A stretch of 64,000 nucleotides of DNA from Camelus dromedarius. Taxonomy: Eukaryota. Of this stretch, positions 39,054 to 51,630 are shown piece by piece (within the stretch, counting starts at the first letter, position 1; every line of letters begins with the position of its first letter). The position numbers were made by a program, and so were the translations under genes. The stretch lies in contig NC_087437.1 of NCBI RefSeq assembly GCF_036321535.1, positions 21,206,001 to 21,270,000 of the forward strand, written 5' to 3'. The notes under the pieces are model-generated. The model had not been told where the DNA came from. It saw nothing but the letters and a program-made list of their open reading frames with translations, and searched no databases.

Positions 39054-39559
39054 ATTTCCTGGACTGGTAGTGGAAGGGAGGGAGTGTATGTTGTGTTCCA
39101 GGTACCTTTGTAATGAGTGTAGTATGTGCTTTACTATGTTAAAGAGCTTCTCCCTTCACTCCCAAAATAACTTGATTTCTTTGAAATTGAATTTTGATCG
39201 ATAGAATTAAATTAGTTGTATTAAAAGAAGTTTAAAAACCCTCCTATCTTTAATAACAACTTTACCATGATTTGTCATCATGTTTGATTAAGGACCATTT
39301 AACACTGATTTTGCAGTAGAAGAAAAAAACATTTTAACTTTGAAAGTTAAATTTATTATTTTCTAAATCTGCATTTATTACATTGATTTTGAAGTAACAT
39401 CTGTAATCTTTAACCACTTAGAATAATCAGTGCTAACTTTTTTTACCTATGTATAAAGTTTTTTTTAATGTATAAATAAAATTTTAAAATATTCAGCTAG
39501 ATTCCTAGTTGTATCACTTAACATGTAAGGGGAATGGTTCTCATTCCTGGGCCATCTCC

Positions 39560-40200
39560 TTAGAGGTTGACGTGCTGGGGATATCCCCGGGCCTCTCCAT
39601 CACCTCTCAGTGTGGATACGGTCCACACAGCCTGCTGGAACTTTGGTGTTCTTGTGGCTTTAGTTAACTGCCTCTGTGTTGGCACTCCAAATCTGCATTT
39701 CTAGTCCCTAAGGCTTTTTTATATTCTGCTAATCAACTGTCTGTCAGAAATTTTCAGTTGGATGTTTTATAGGCACTTCTTCATGTAAATTTCTACTGTC
39801 CTCCAGGGCTCCTTAGCATGACCTGCAGACTTTTTGCAGTCTCGTTTGTGTATTTCTCTCCTGTCATCTTACTTTCCACAGAGTTCTCTCCCACCCCTTC
39901 TGGGCCTGTTTCTTAGCTTCTGAGCCTCTCCTTCCTTCACCTTAGCCTGGCTGCTCAGACGTCAGCTTTCATAGCCTGATCTCTGATAAATGTTTTTGAG
40001 CCCCTCTTTGCCTTAAGACTGGGTCAAATGAGTGCTTCAGTGTGTCCTGTGAAACCTTTTTCTAGTGTAGCATTTGTCACTTCATATAGTATTATTGTTG
40101 CCTGTTTACTAGACATAAACTTCTTATTCACATCTTCCTAACACCTAGCCTGGGGCCTGGCCCTTAGCAGGAATATAATAAAAATCGATTGGATGAGTGA
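39560..40200 (+). mobile_element. L2 LINE 3' fragment
   Basis: Pyrimidine-rich body ending CACCTAGCCTGGGGCCTGGC..TAGCAGG...TTGGATGAGTGA, typical of the L2 3' end. Confidence 0.55.
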
Positions 40201-42581
40201 GCAGTATTATGGAATGTTCCCAGTCTAATTAGATGTAATTAGTCTTCTACAACATTATTTTTAATGTCTTTGATGGTATTGACATATAATAGCATAAAGG
40301 TTCACTCAGTGTTTGGGCAGTGTCCTTTCTTTTTCTTTTTGACTTCAGCACTGATGGGTTCATAGTTCAGTGTTCAGAAGAAGCGTCCCCTTAACTTTCT
40401 CATGGGAGACTCAGCAGAGTTTGACATGCCTGGGTGGTGCATCTGATTAGGATAACAGAACCAAAGTTACTATCTAGGTCTCCTATGTCCTGGTTTATTG
40501 TTGTATTTAGCTGCTTATTTGGCTCTTCTGAGAACTTCATAAAGGCTTTTTATTCTTTTTTAACTTATCTGCTCTCAGACTTAATGGGGGTTAATTTAAT
40601 AGTGTCATCCTCTCCCTACAAGGTGCTGTTAGCTAATAATATTTTTGAAAAGAATTCTCTAACCTGACAACCTCCCCATATCTGTTTAAACTTTGTTACC
40701 GAGTCATTTGTGGAGCTGGCTCTTATTTATGACTTCCTCTTAGTATTTTGCTAATGCTGTGGTAAGGAATTGACCCTTGTGTACAGCATGAGGTACTTTT
40801 CTTTTGTGGTTTCTGACCCATTGGCAGTATCTGGCCCATAAAAAGTAGCCGTTACCCCCACTCCACACTTCTCTAGTCATTTCTTTCCTGGTTCTCTTAT
40901 TTCCTGAATGTGTATTTCCAGGTGCTGTTTTTGGCCTTGTTTTCTCTTCATCTTCATCTCAAAACAATTGCAGAGATTACTGACACATTTTACTTCTTGG
41001 CATCATCTTTGATTCCACTTGCTTCTTACATATCCCATAAACCTGAGAGTGAGGCTTAGATAACTCCAGTACCTTATGTATCAAGTGATTAAGCAGAGCT
41101 TTTTCCCCTTCCTTCACTGGAGTTCTGAGTTACTCCTATATTTTTAATTTTTGTAGACTGTCACTATCATTGCTGTGATCTGGGTTCTGAACCTGGCCAA
41201 ATCATGCCAGTTCAACTTCTATAACATCGCTTGAATCTCTCTGCGACCCACGCCCTACTACAGTTAGTTCAGGAATTAATTTTTTCTGACCCGCTCACCA
41301 CTCTTCCGCCTCACCCCATCCTCCAGTACCTTGTGAAGGCGCACATTCACAGGGAATCCCGGGGTGCTTGTTTTTCCTAGCTTCATAATGCTAACCACCT
41401 GTTGCAAATTTCCTTAACATTCCCACCAATCCTGCCCCTCTTTATCAGGATCTGATAGTGCCTTTTCATGTAAATTCTCTGATTAAAAAACTTAAGCACC
41501 AGAAGATCTTTCGTAACTTTCTTTCAAAATTGTTCCAAGTTTAAATAGACCCTTGGCTTTCCAGCTTTTATCTGCTGCTTAAAAGAAGGGTAATGTTGTT
41601 TACTGGGGAAGGTAGGCTCTTAACTACTGGTACATCCCGGGAAAGACCCAAGGAATCAGTCAGAATCGTTGTGACCTAAACCAGCGTTTCTCAGATTATT
41701 TCTAAGGCTTTAGCTTTGATCACACTACTTCCCTGTACCCCGGACTATTTGGATTCCCACTGCTTTCAGAAAGTTTAAATAAGTTCCAGATATCCTGGCA
41801 TTCCAGGTGTATTACACATTGGCTTAGAACTACGTTTCCAACCTCTTAACCTGTCATTTTATACCATCCTCCCTGTATACTGCATGTCAGATCCAGGTGG
41901 GTGTTTCTGAGGTCTGGCTCATTCCCTCTCCCGTGCCCGCCCTGCTCTGCGTCATAAACGCTTTAGTGCCAGCTCTGCCATAAGCCGCCTCTGACATGCC
42001 CAGGTGAAAAATAATACCACATTTATCACCTGTAACACCTAAAACTTTGCGCCCTGGATTATAGTTGTTTCTATACACTACTCCTAATAACTGGATAGTC
42101 TCACAGAGCAGGACTTAGAGCCCTGCAGCATCTAGCACATAGTAAACACTATTTTTTTGATGAAAAAAATTGTCATTTAATCAGTTTCCGCTTGTGAGTC
42201 ACCTGTTTAAGTTGAGAGTATTGTGGATTCATTGGTATAGCTCCACACTGTGAAAGTCTTCTTTGTGGAGAAACTTGTTAGTAAAGGCATACTTTCCCTT
42301 AGCTTACCATGATTCTGTTCCACTAAACTTCTAATTCATTTTGAAGTTTCCAGATAGGGCATCATAGTCAAAGTGAGCCAGTGGGCATATGTATTTTTAC
42401 TTGATAAGTCATAGAAGTTTATCGGTATATTGAGTAGATGGTCAGGCTAGGACTCAGAATATAGACCTAAATTCGAATTCTACATTTCCATCTAAGCTTA
42501 GACAAGTCATTTAAAATCTTTTGGTCTTAGTTTCCTCTATAAGGGAAAAGTTGCATAAGATAGTTTCAAGATGTCGGTTTG

Positions 42582-42720
42582 AGGGGGGAGGGTATAGCTC
42601 AGTGGTAGAGTGCATGCCTAGCATGCATGAGGCCCTGGGTTCAATCCCCAGTCCCTTCACTAGAAACAAACAAGTAAATAAATAAATAAACCGAATTACG
42701 CCCCCCTCCAAAAAAAAAAA
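42582..42720 (+). mobile_element. tRNA-Ala-derived SINE in intron 1
   Basis: Intact A box TAGCTCAGTGG and B box GGTTCAATCC, poly(A) tail; flanks GTCGGTTTG / GTCAGTTTG. Confidence 0.93.
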
Positions 42721-42760
42721 GTCAGTTTGGAATGAAAAAGCCTGTATAAATGCTTTTGAA

Positions 42761-42947
42761 CAGGAGGCTGCAAACTTTTTCTTTAAAGGACCAGATCGTG
42801 TTTTAGGCTTTGCTAGCTGTATAGTGTCTGCGGCAGTTCCTCGACTCTGCTGTTAGTAGCTTGAAAGTGGCTGTAAACAATATGTAAACTAGTGTTTCAG
42901 TAATTTATTTACAAAAACAGGCAGCAGGCATGATTTGCTGACCTCTG
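42761..42947 (+). mobile_element. MER58A-like hAT MITE with 8-bp TSD
   Basis: Ends CAGGAGGCTGCAAA / TTTGCTGACCTCTG; flanks CTTTTGAA (42753-42760) and CTTTAGAA (42948-42955). Confidence 0.85.
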
Positions 42948-43194
42948 CTTTAGAAGTTGATGGTCAATGTAGGCTGACCCAAGAAATACGAACTAGTCTT
43001 AAGTGGAATGTGGACCCTTGGCTTTGTACTTTTCATACAACAAAAGTAACATCATTATTTGAATTTTTACAGTACAGATGTGAGTAGTCAGTATGTCCAC
43101 TGTTATCCTCAGCTTCTTCCCTGGGTAACCACTGTTACCTGTGATACTTCTTAAAACATGTGGTATATCCACTTTGGATAAAGATCTGTTTCTT

Positions 43195-43950
43195 GTAAAA
43201 GTAAGTGTTCATCTACCACATGACCCAGCCGTTCTAGGTGTTTACCCAAGAGAATGAAACGTGTGTCCACAGAAGTACACAGAAATATTCACAGTAGCTC
43301 CAAACTGGAAAAGCCCAGGTGTCCAACAGCTGAATGGACAGACAGACTGGTATGTCCACACAGTGGGATACCACTCAACAGTAAAAAAGAATGAACTATA
43401 GATACACAAAACATGTGTGAATCCCACAGTTAGGCCGAGCAGAAAAGAAGCTTTACCAAAAGGAACATACTATATATATAATTTCATTTTTATGAAATTC
43501 TAAAACAAGCAATACTTACCTGTGCTTAAAAAAAAAAGCCCAAAACGGTTTCTGCCTCTAGGATGGTGGGCATGGGGGTTGACTGGGAAGGGACCTGAGA
43601 GAACTTTGTAGGGTGATGGTAACGTTCTCTGTCTTGATAGCAGTTTGGATCATGTAGGTGAATGCATTTGTGAAAACTCAAGTAATGGTACGTTGGAGAT
43701 TTGTGTATTTCACTGAATGTAATTTTTTCCTCAGTTTTTGTTAATGTGCATGTTGAAGTGTTTAGGGGTAAAATGTATGGATATCTGCAACTTGAAATGC
43801 ACTTAAAAAACAGATGGTGAATAGATATGAAATATATATAGTAGACTTTACTGTAGAATATGAGTGGTTTTATGGATGTTCACTTACGTTTCTTCTAACC
43901 TTCGTGTGTATTTGTAAATATTCCTAATTGAATGTTGCAGGAAAAAATAA
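43195..43950 (+). mobile_element. Old L1 (L1MD/ME-like) 3' UTR
   Basis: CATGACCCAGC...TTTACCCAAGAGAATGAAAC...CCAAACTGGAAA...GGGTGATGGTAACGTTCT. Confidence 0.8.
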
Positions 43951-44067
43951 ATCAATATATTCATATTTCCTTTGACTGTCTTCTACCAATTATGGAGTCT
44001 TTCCTGCAGGCAATGATTGCTTATCAGTTTTACTATCAGTGCTTTTCCAACACATTTATATATGTCG

Positions 44068-44068
<1 letters not shown>

Positions 44069-44106
<38 letters not shown>
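44069..44106. repeat. (TG)19 microsatellite
   Basis: Read directly. Confidence 0.97.
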
Positions 44107-44110
<4 letters not shown>

Positions 44111-46151
44111 GAATGTGTAGGAATAATTTTCCACTTTTACATGAGTAATAGGAAGAATGTATGTTCTTAAACTGCTTTTTTCCCCACTTAATATGTCTTG
44201 ACTGTGTTTCCATGTCTTTCTTTACATATATTTATCTCCTTTGAATCATTGCATAATATTCCATAGTGTAGGGATGTATATCCAAGATACATATATTTCC
44301 TGGTGATGAATATTTAGGTTGTTCCATTTTTCCTCTGACAAATTGCACTGCAATTTGTTTCTCTTGGGTAGACACTGAGAAATGGAATCACCAGTTTGTA
44401 GTATATGTTTATTTTTCTACTGAGATTGTCCTCCTGTAAAGCTGTACCAGTGTACACTCCCACCAGCAGAGATTGCTGCCTGTTTCCCTTCAACTTTCTG
44501 GGCATTGGTTATCATCCCTTTTTAAATTTTTTCTGCTAGTTTGGTAGTATGCTGGTATCTGGTTGGTTTGATTTGCAGTATCTCTGATGACTGCAACTGA
44601 GCATATTTTTGTTTGCTCAGTTTCCATTTCTTTACAGTGACTTGCTCATTTTTTTGCTCTCTTTAGTCTCATAATTCCTTTGTTTTAGAAATTGTACTTG
44701 TTTTAAATTAACATTACAAATTCAGTTTTTATGGGCTTTTCCTAATCACTTACCCTAAAATATATGGAATAACCCAGCATTCCTCACTATTTGAATTGCC
44801 AATTTTGTTACATGCAAAACTCCATTTTATGTGGATCCTTTCTTAGACATTGTTCTATTTTGTTAATTTGTATCTCTGTTCTATGTCATTGTCACACTGT
44901 AGTGTGTAACCTCTGTGTAAGTGTTTGTAAAATAAAATAAATGTGCGAAGTTTGTGTGAGGTACTGTCTTTCCAATTTTGGTATCTGGATAGTACTAGCC
45001 TTATTAAAACTGTTTGGGTAACTTGTAGAAAAAGAAAAAATGTTTAGAAAAAGAATGTATTTCTTGAAAATTGGGAGAACGAACTAAAGGCATTTGGACA
45101 TAAGAGATAGAGCTCTGATTGTTTTTTCTAAGAACTTCTGATTTGAAAATGTTTACCAACACTTACTTAGATGTTACCAGTAAGTCTTACTGGTTTCTCT
45201 GCTCACCATTGCTTTATATATTTTTCTTGCCTTAGATTTTTTAAAAGAAAACTTTAAAAAATAGAAAATGTACAATTATATTAACTTTTTGGGATTTAGT
45301 GTTTGAACTTTGTCCTTTTTTCCAGGTTAGGCAGATAATATATAAGTTCCACCCTCCACCCCCAAAAAAGGAATGAAGACAATGTAGCCAAAACTCACAT
45401 CTTCCTTTACCACATTGCCAACTCCAATCCCTTCCTCCCTTATTCAGAGATAACCACTGTTTATGAATTTGATTTGTAAATTTATACATAAATTTATAGA
45501 ATTCTGTAACTCATTTGAGTGTTTTAAATTTAAACATGTGGTATGTATCATTCTGAAGTTACTTTTTCCCACTGGGAGTTTTTGAGATCTGTTTCATTCC
45601 TTTTTTAACTACAGTGTATAGCTTTCCATTATATATTATATTTCATTTCTTCTTTGCTTTGTTTGAGGACACTTAGGTTGTTAGCATTTTTTTGCTATTA
45701 TGCTTCAGTTTTTTTGTGTTGTATGACCAATTCTTTCAGGCAGAATTGAGGGTAGTAGATTTTCTGAGTCCTGTGTGTCTGGAGAAGTCCTTTTGTTTTA
45801 TTGGTTGGTTCATCTTTTAGTTTATAATCGTTTTTCCTCAACTTGGAATACATCATTTTATTTTTGGCATTCTGAAATTTTACCTGTTTGTGTCTAGGTA
45901 TAGGATGTTTTCCAGTATTTTTCCATCTTTTCCAATATAGACACAAAATGGGTTATTTCTTTGAGCACCCCCACCCCTTTTCTGGTGGAATTCCTATTAG
46001 ATTTGTTGATGTTCTATCCAAACTATCTCCATACTTTCCCTGTCCACCTTTTTGCCTAGTGTTTTAGAACACCTTGGCTTGGTCTTTTAGCTCACTGAAT
46101 TTTTCTTCAGCTTGGCCAGTTCTCTAGGTTAGACCTTCTTCCTAATTTTTG

Positions 46152-47080
46152 TTTTTTAAACAGCTTTATTGAGGTATAATTGATGTACAGTAAACTGCAC
46201 ATATTCATACAATTGAGTTTTGATGAATACTTAACCTATATACATACACATACAGTACTCATGAAATTGTCACTCTAATCAAAATAATCAAAACATCCAT
46301 CGCCCCCTGAATTTCCTCTTTCCCTACTTCCTCAGGCAAAAACAGATCTGGTTTTTGACACTTTAAATTAGTTTGTGTTTTCTGAAAACTTAAATGCTTG
46401 GAATCATGTAGCGTGTACTCTTTGGGGTTGAGGGAGCTGAGTTCTTTAATTCAACGTGATTATGTTGAGAAATAGTTCATGAATAGTATTCTAGTGTATG
46501 GATATGCCAGGCATGTATTCATCTGTAGATGCGCTTTTGGGTTGTTCCTGTTTTTAGTAATTATAAATAAAGCATTTATGAATATTCATATCCCTTTCCT
46601 TCTGAACATGTGCTTTCATTTTTCTTGGTTAAATATCAAGGAATGAATGGATTGGCTGGATACTATCATCGGTGTATACTGCTGACTTTTCAAAAAATTG
46701 TCAAACTGTTTTCCAAAATGGGTCGTTGTTTTAGCATTTGTTTTGGTACATTCCTACCAGCAGTGTATTAGAGTTGCAGTTGCTTCACTCCTGGGCCATC
46801 ACTTGGCGTATGGTCAGTCTTTAGAATTCCTAGCATTCTTGTGAACATGTAGTGGTTTGATTTGCCCGTCACTGATGACTAGTGATGTTGAGTACCTTTT
46901 CATGAGCTTTATTTTTTGTAATCTTTACATCTTTGAAGTTTCTGTTCAAAACTTTTGCTCATCTTAGAAATTTGTTGTAAGTGTTCTTTATGTACTCTAG
47001 ATGCAAGTCCTTTATTGGTTACATGTTACGCAAAAAATTTTCCCAGTCTTTGGTTTGCTTTTTGTTTTAGGTGTCTGGAT
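46152..47080 (-). mobile_element. L1 (L1MB/MC-like) 3' fragment
   Basis: TTTTTTAAACAGCTTTATTGAGGTATAATTGA...AAACTGTTTTCCAAA...CATTCCTACCAGCAGTGTA...GATGTTGAG.ACCTTTTCATG. Confidence 0.85.
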
Positions 47081-48154
47081 TTTTCTTTAGTTTGATTTTT
47101 CTCCAGTTCAGCTTATCTACTAAGTTTTTTTATTTCAACAGTAAGAATAGGAACTCTGATTTTTAAAAACTACCCTTTCAGCTTCTACTCTGTATTTTAG
47201 CTACAGTTAACACTTCTCCCTCTTTGCTCTATATGCTGCTATAACCCATTTTTTTCAGGCGTTACTTTCTTTGTTGTGTTTGACACTTTATTTAATTAGT
47301 TTTTTCCTCAAATGTTTGATAATTATTGGTTCTGTGCACCTGCCACCTCTTCGCGTTTAGACTTTCCCATCACAGCATTCAGAAAAGAGGCATAGGCCGC
47401 CAAGAGCTGGTCTAAGTATGGAGACTCTCTGCTCCTTTAGGTTTTCAGCACCTCATCTGAGACCTTGCCCAGTTTTTCTTCCCAAGCACCCATGCTCCCT
47501 GCTCCCACTTCAAAACAGACGCTGTTGCTACTGTTAGTAGGTGCTGGGCACCAGAGGCATACGTGTATTAGAGGTAGGGTCAGATTTACACGCATCTGTC
47601 TGCTCCTGCTGTGGAGTCATCTAGTATTTGACCCAGAACTCTCTCCTGTTCTCCATCTTTGCTGAGCCAACTCGCTTATTTCTGGGAGTCCTCTGATGAA
47701 ATCCCTTTCCTTCCTCTTTCTGCCAGAGACAGTTAATTCTTTCTTTTTTTTCTAGTACTCGATGTCTGTAATTATTTATATGTCTGCCACTTGTGATAAC
47801 CAGACTCTTGGAGAGAAGGAACAGGTATCTCATTCTATGTAGATTTTGATCACCTGGAGTAACACAGAATGCGTGAATGATATTTTTTCAGAGAATGGGA
47901 GTTTTGATTACAAAAGGTAACAGCTTGAGACTCGCAGGGAAAACAGGACAGGTAAGGGTACCACATGGAGAAGTACTGGTCTGGGCATTTCTCTTACTGG
48001 TAGGTTATTCTTAGTCAAGTTTTTAAATCTTGTTTAATATTTTTATAATACCATGATTTTAAAAAAATATAAATGTGTATGTGCCTATATACACATACAC
48101 TTTTTAATTATAGTAAATATTAATTAAGAAAATTCTTTCAATAAGAAACAACTG

Positions 48155-48890
48155 GTTTTTAAACAAATGATACTGGGACAACAGGGTATCCATATGCAAA
48201 ACAATGAACTTGAACCCCTTCCTCATACTGTATACAAAAATTAACACAAAATGGACTAAAGATCCAATCTTAAGAGCTAAAACTAAACATTCTTAGATGG
48301 AAACAGGTGCAGGTCTTCATGAGTTTGGATTAGGCAGTGGTGTCTTATATGACACCAAAAGCACAAGCAACTAAGGCAAAAAAAAAAATAGATAAATTGG
48401 ACTTCACTGAGATTAAGAACTTTTCTGCTTTAAAGGACACTATCATGAAAATTAAAAGACAGCCCACAGGATGGGAGAAAATAATTGTACATCATATAGC
48501 TGATAAGAGGCCTGTGTCAGTATAAAAGAACTCTTAGAACTCAAAGGAAAAGACAAATAACCCAGTATAAAAATGGGCCAAGCATTTGGATGAGCCGATA
48601 AACTCGTGAAAAGATGCTCATCATTAGCCATTAGGGAAATGCAGATTAAACGCCACAGTGAGATAGCACTTCGCATCCAGTAGGATGGCTTTCTGAAAAA
48701 TATAAGAGGTGCTGGTGAGGGTGTGGAGAAATTGGAATCCTGCTGGTGGGAATGTAGAATGTTGCAGCTGCTTTGGACAACAGTCTGTCACTTAACCTAA
48801 AAGGCTACAGAGAGGTACCGTATGACCAAGCATTTCCACTCACAGGTGAATTGAATGTGAATTGCACCTCAATAAAAACTTCCTTTAAAA
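48155..48890 (+). mobile_element. L1 ORF2 C-terminal remnant plus 3' end
   Basis: ORF 48337-48525 gives MTPKAQATKAK..IDKLDF.EIKNF...KDTI.K.KRQPT.WEKI, a recognisable L1 ORF2p segment; frameshifted and degenerate; AATAAA near 48871. Confidence 0.9.
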
Positions 48891-49199
48891 AATTTTAATA
48901 TACAAAGGACTTTAAACTTATACTTGTCCATATAATTGATTTTTAAAACATACCTGCCTCTGCTTTAATTTTTTTTTTTTGAGGTGTAAACAGAATGCAT
49001 ATTTATTTACCAAGGGGGAATAGTTTCTTACCAGAATTCTCTGAGGAGAGGCGCAGTCTTTCTAGTTTCTAGGTGATCTCAGGTAACTAGGAAGGTTGCA
49101 GAAGTAAGGAGTCAGATTACAGGGTCTCAGAGCATCTTGAGCTAGGTGTGTCCAGCCCAGTGAAGCATGAGGACTGCCCTTTGTCTAGATGTGTGCTGG

Positions 49200-49861
49200 T
49201 GTTGCGAAGAATTTGTATTGTCTTTGTCTCATGTTCCTGGTGAGAGCTTTGGTGAGGTGGGGAGCGAGCCTTAGAAGTAATAGGAATATCTCATTTTGCT
49301 AATAAATACCTGGTGGGCCTATAGGTACCTTCCACAGGGGCCATTCCCCAGAAAGACCGATCATGTGATTAGAGGGTTGGGACTTGGAGCTAGCCTGACC
49401 AAGAGGTCAGGGAAGGGGCTGGAAATAAAGTTCATTGATTTAATCAGACAGACACAACTAAGCTCCAGTAAAAACTCTGAATGCTGAAGCTTAGAGGAGT
49501 GTCCAGGTTGGGGAACACATTGATGTGTTTGGAGGGTGTTGTGCTCACATTCCACCAAGAGAGGGTATAGAAACTGCATTCCCTCCCAGACCTCACTTCA
49601 CATGTATCCTCTGTAACAAAATTGTCATCCTAAATGTAGTCTTTCCTGAGTTCTGAGTCATTCTAGTGAATTATCAAACCCCTGGGGGTAATGGGACCCT
49701 CCCAGATTGGTAGCCAGTTTGTCAGAAGTTTGGGTGTCATCTGAAGTGAGGGCATTCTTGTGGAGGACCAAGCCCTAGTGGGGTCTCTGCTACGCCAGGT
49801 GGTTGGTGCATGAACTAAATCGTCGGGCGCCCACTGAGGGTTGAAGCTGGGGGTTTGGACA
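49200..49861 (+). mobile_element. MER21-like ERV solo LTR
   Basis: CCAGAAAGACC..CATGTGATTAGAGGGTTGGGACTT...TTCCTGAGTTCTGAGTCATTCTAGTGAATTATCAAACC...GTAGCCAGTTTGTCAGAAGT; TG...CA ends are approximate. Confidence 0.75.
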
Positions 49862-51486
49862 GGATCCATTTCTCCTTCCCCTGGGTGATACAGCTTAAAC
49901 CTTGGCCAGATTTCTTGCTGCTTAGTTTCCTTTATAGAGTCTGCATGAATCAAATCTCATTTGCGAAAACATTTTTTGAGAATGTAAATACAATTGACTA
50001 GGTTAAGCATTAAACCTGGAGTTTAGCCTTAAAGCCTAGTTGCAGTATCAGTGCAGCAGTGTTTCTAGTTTGTTATTGATCCCCACTCCCCCCAACCCCC
50101 GGACAGTTTCATTTTTATGTCTTTAAATCTCTTATTTTCCTTTATAATGTGACTGCTCAGTTAGGTATTATTAGACCTTTTTTCTAGGTGGGAGTAGATT
50201 GGGGTACTTGCCCCAAGTCACATTGGGATTTGAGCCTAAGCCTGAGTCTTTGCGCAGCCCGTTGTGACCGCCCTGATGCGCGGCCTCCAGCGGTGTCTAT
50301 CCTGTAGCTGACCCCTCCAAACTAGGGGGGAGAGAGGAAAAGCCGGTTAAGAATTGAGGCTTCTTAAGGACCAGAAATGGAGAAAGGAGGAGGGTCAGTT
50401 CCTGCATCAGGCAAGGGTGGAGTCTTTTGACAGTTGCTCTCCATTATGTGCCATTAGATGTCAGAGTGAAAGTATAGAGGTAGCATTAGTTGTGTTGCGT
50501 TACTGTTAGGATGGCAGCGTGTTGATGTGGAATGCCAGTTACACTCAACTTTTTGGTATTTATTTTGAGTAAACATTTTTGGTTATGATTCTGTTGACCT
50601 CAGACTGTTTAAAATACTGATGTTTCATCAGAATTCTAGTCCATGTTAGTTTCTTTAGTTGGTGAATGACTTAAAATGCTTGGGCTTTATGCTAGGGAAC
50701 ATTAGTAACATAACGAGCGCTATTAAAGCTTCATTTGTGTCCCACTCACGTTAACGAGCAGTGAGGCAGATGTGGCACACTGAACAGGTCCCGTCTGCAC
50801 TACCCACTGCTGAGCCAGGGCACCCGCAGTTTCATCCCTTCATCGTGTTAAGCCCATTAGCAGATCTGCATCTGAGTCACTGAATGCAGGTTTACTCCTG
50901 TATGAGGCCAGCCATTTACAACTTTTTAAAAATTTTCCTGTATTTTTTTCTTACTAGGGAAAAGGAGGTTAAGTTGATAAAGTACTGCCACCCTTGTGAG
51001 TAGTATTTCATATATGATATTATTAAGTGAGATTAATTTTAATTTTAAAGTGTTTAATTGGGGTCTTGGCAGAAGGATGTTAGCAAGTAGGTAAATCTTT
51101 TCAATGGAAATCACTATTTACTAGTTTGTACACTCTACATTCAAAACTGACTTTATAGCCACTTAGTGCGTGGAGGCAGGTTTGGGACATGGCTGTTAAT
51201 TTGTGTATCTGTTTTGTGAATGTAACTCTTCATAGGAAGTTTTAACACTTTCTTCATTGTGTGATGGTTCTTTAGAAAGCATATTTGGATACAGCTTGTT
51301 CCTGTCTGCTATACATTCATTTGCTCTGTAACCATTTTTATAAATTTCACTTATATTATTTTTCCTAGAAATTTAAAATCAAAGTTGAAAGTAATAAGAA
51401 TATTTTGAGATGACCTAAAAACACTGCCAAATAATTTAACTTTTAGTACTTTTGTTTTAAACTTCTCCAGTTCAAAATCTCTTGCA

Positions 51487-51630
51487 TTGGTTGATAAACT
51501 GCTGTGGCCTCAATCTGCCTGTTTTTGTAAGTGAGGTTTTATTGGAGCACAGCCCCCACTCGTTACATCTATGTATTTGTCAGCCATGGTCTGCTGTATG
51601 GAGCATTTTACCCATTGGTTCCTACAAATA
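51487..51630. mobile_element. MER58-like hAT MITE fragment
   Basis: CTGCCTGTTTTTGTAAGTGAGGTTTTATTGGAGCACAGCC is the reverse complement of the segment seen in the other MER58 copies. Confidence 0.65.

Noticed and set aside
42582..42660. tRNA-Ala genes (here and at the other eight loci)
   Set aside because: They have A-rich tails, TSDs, disrupted stems and dispersed diverged copies, so they are SINEs rather than tRNA genes.
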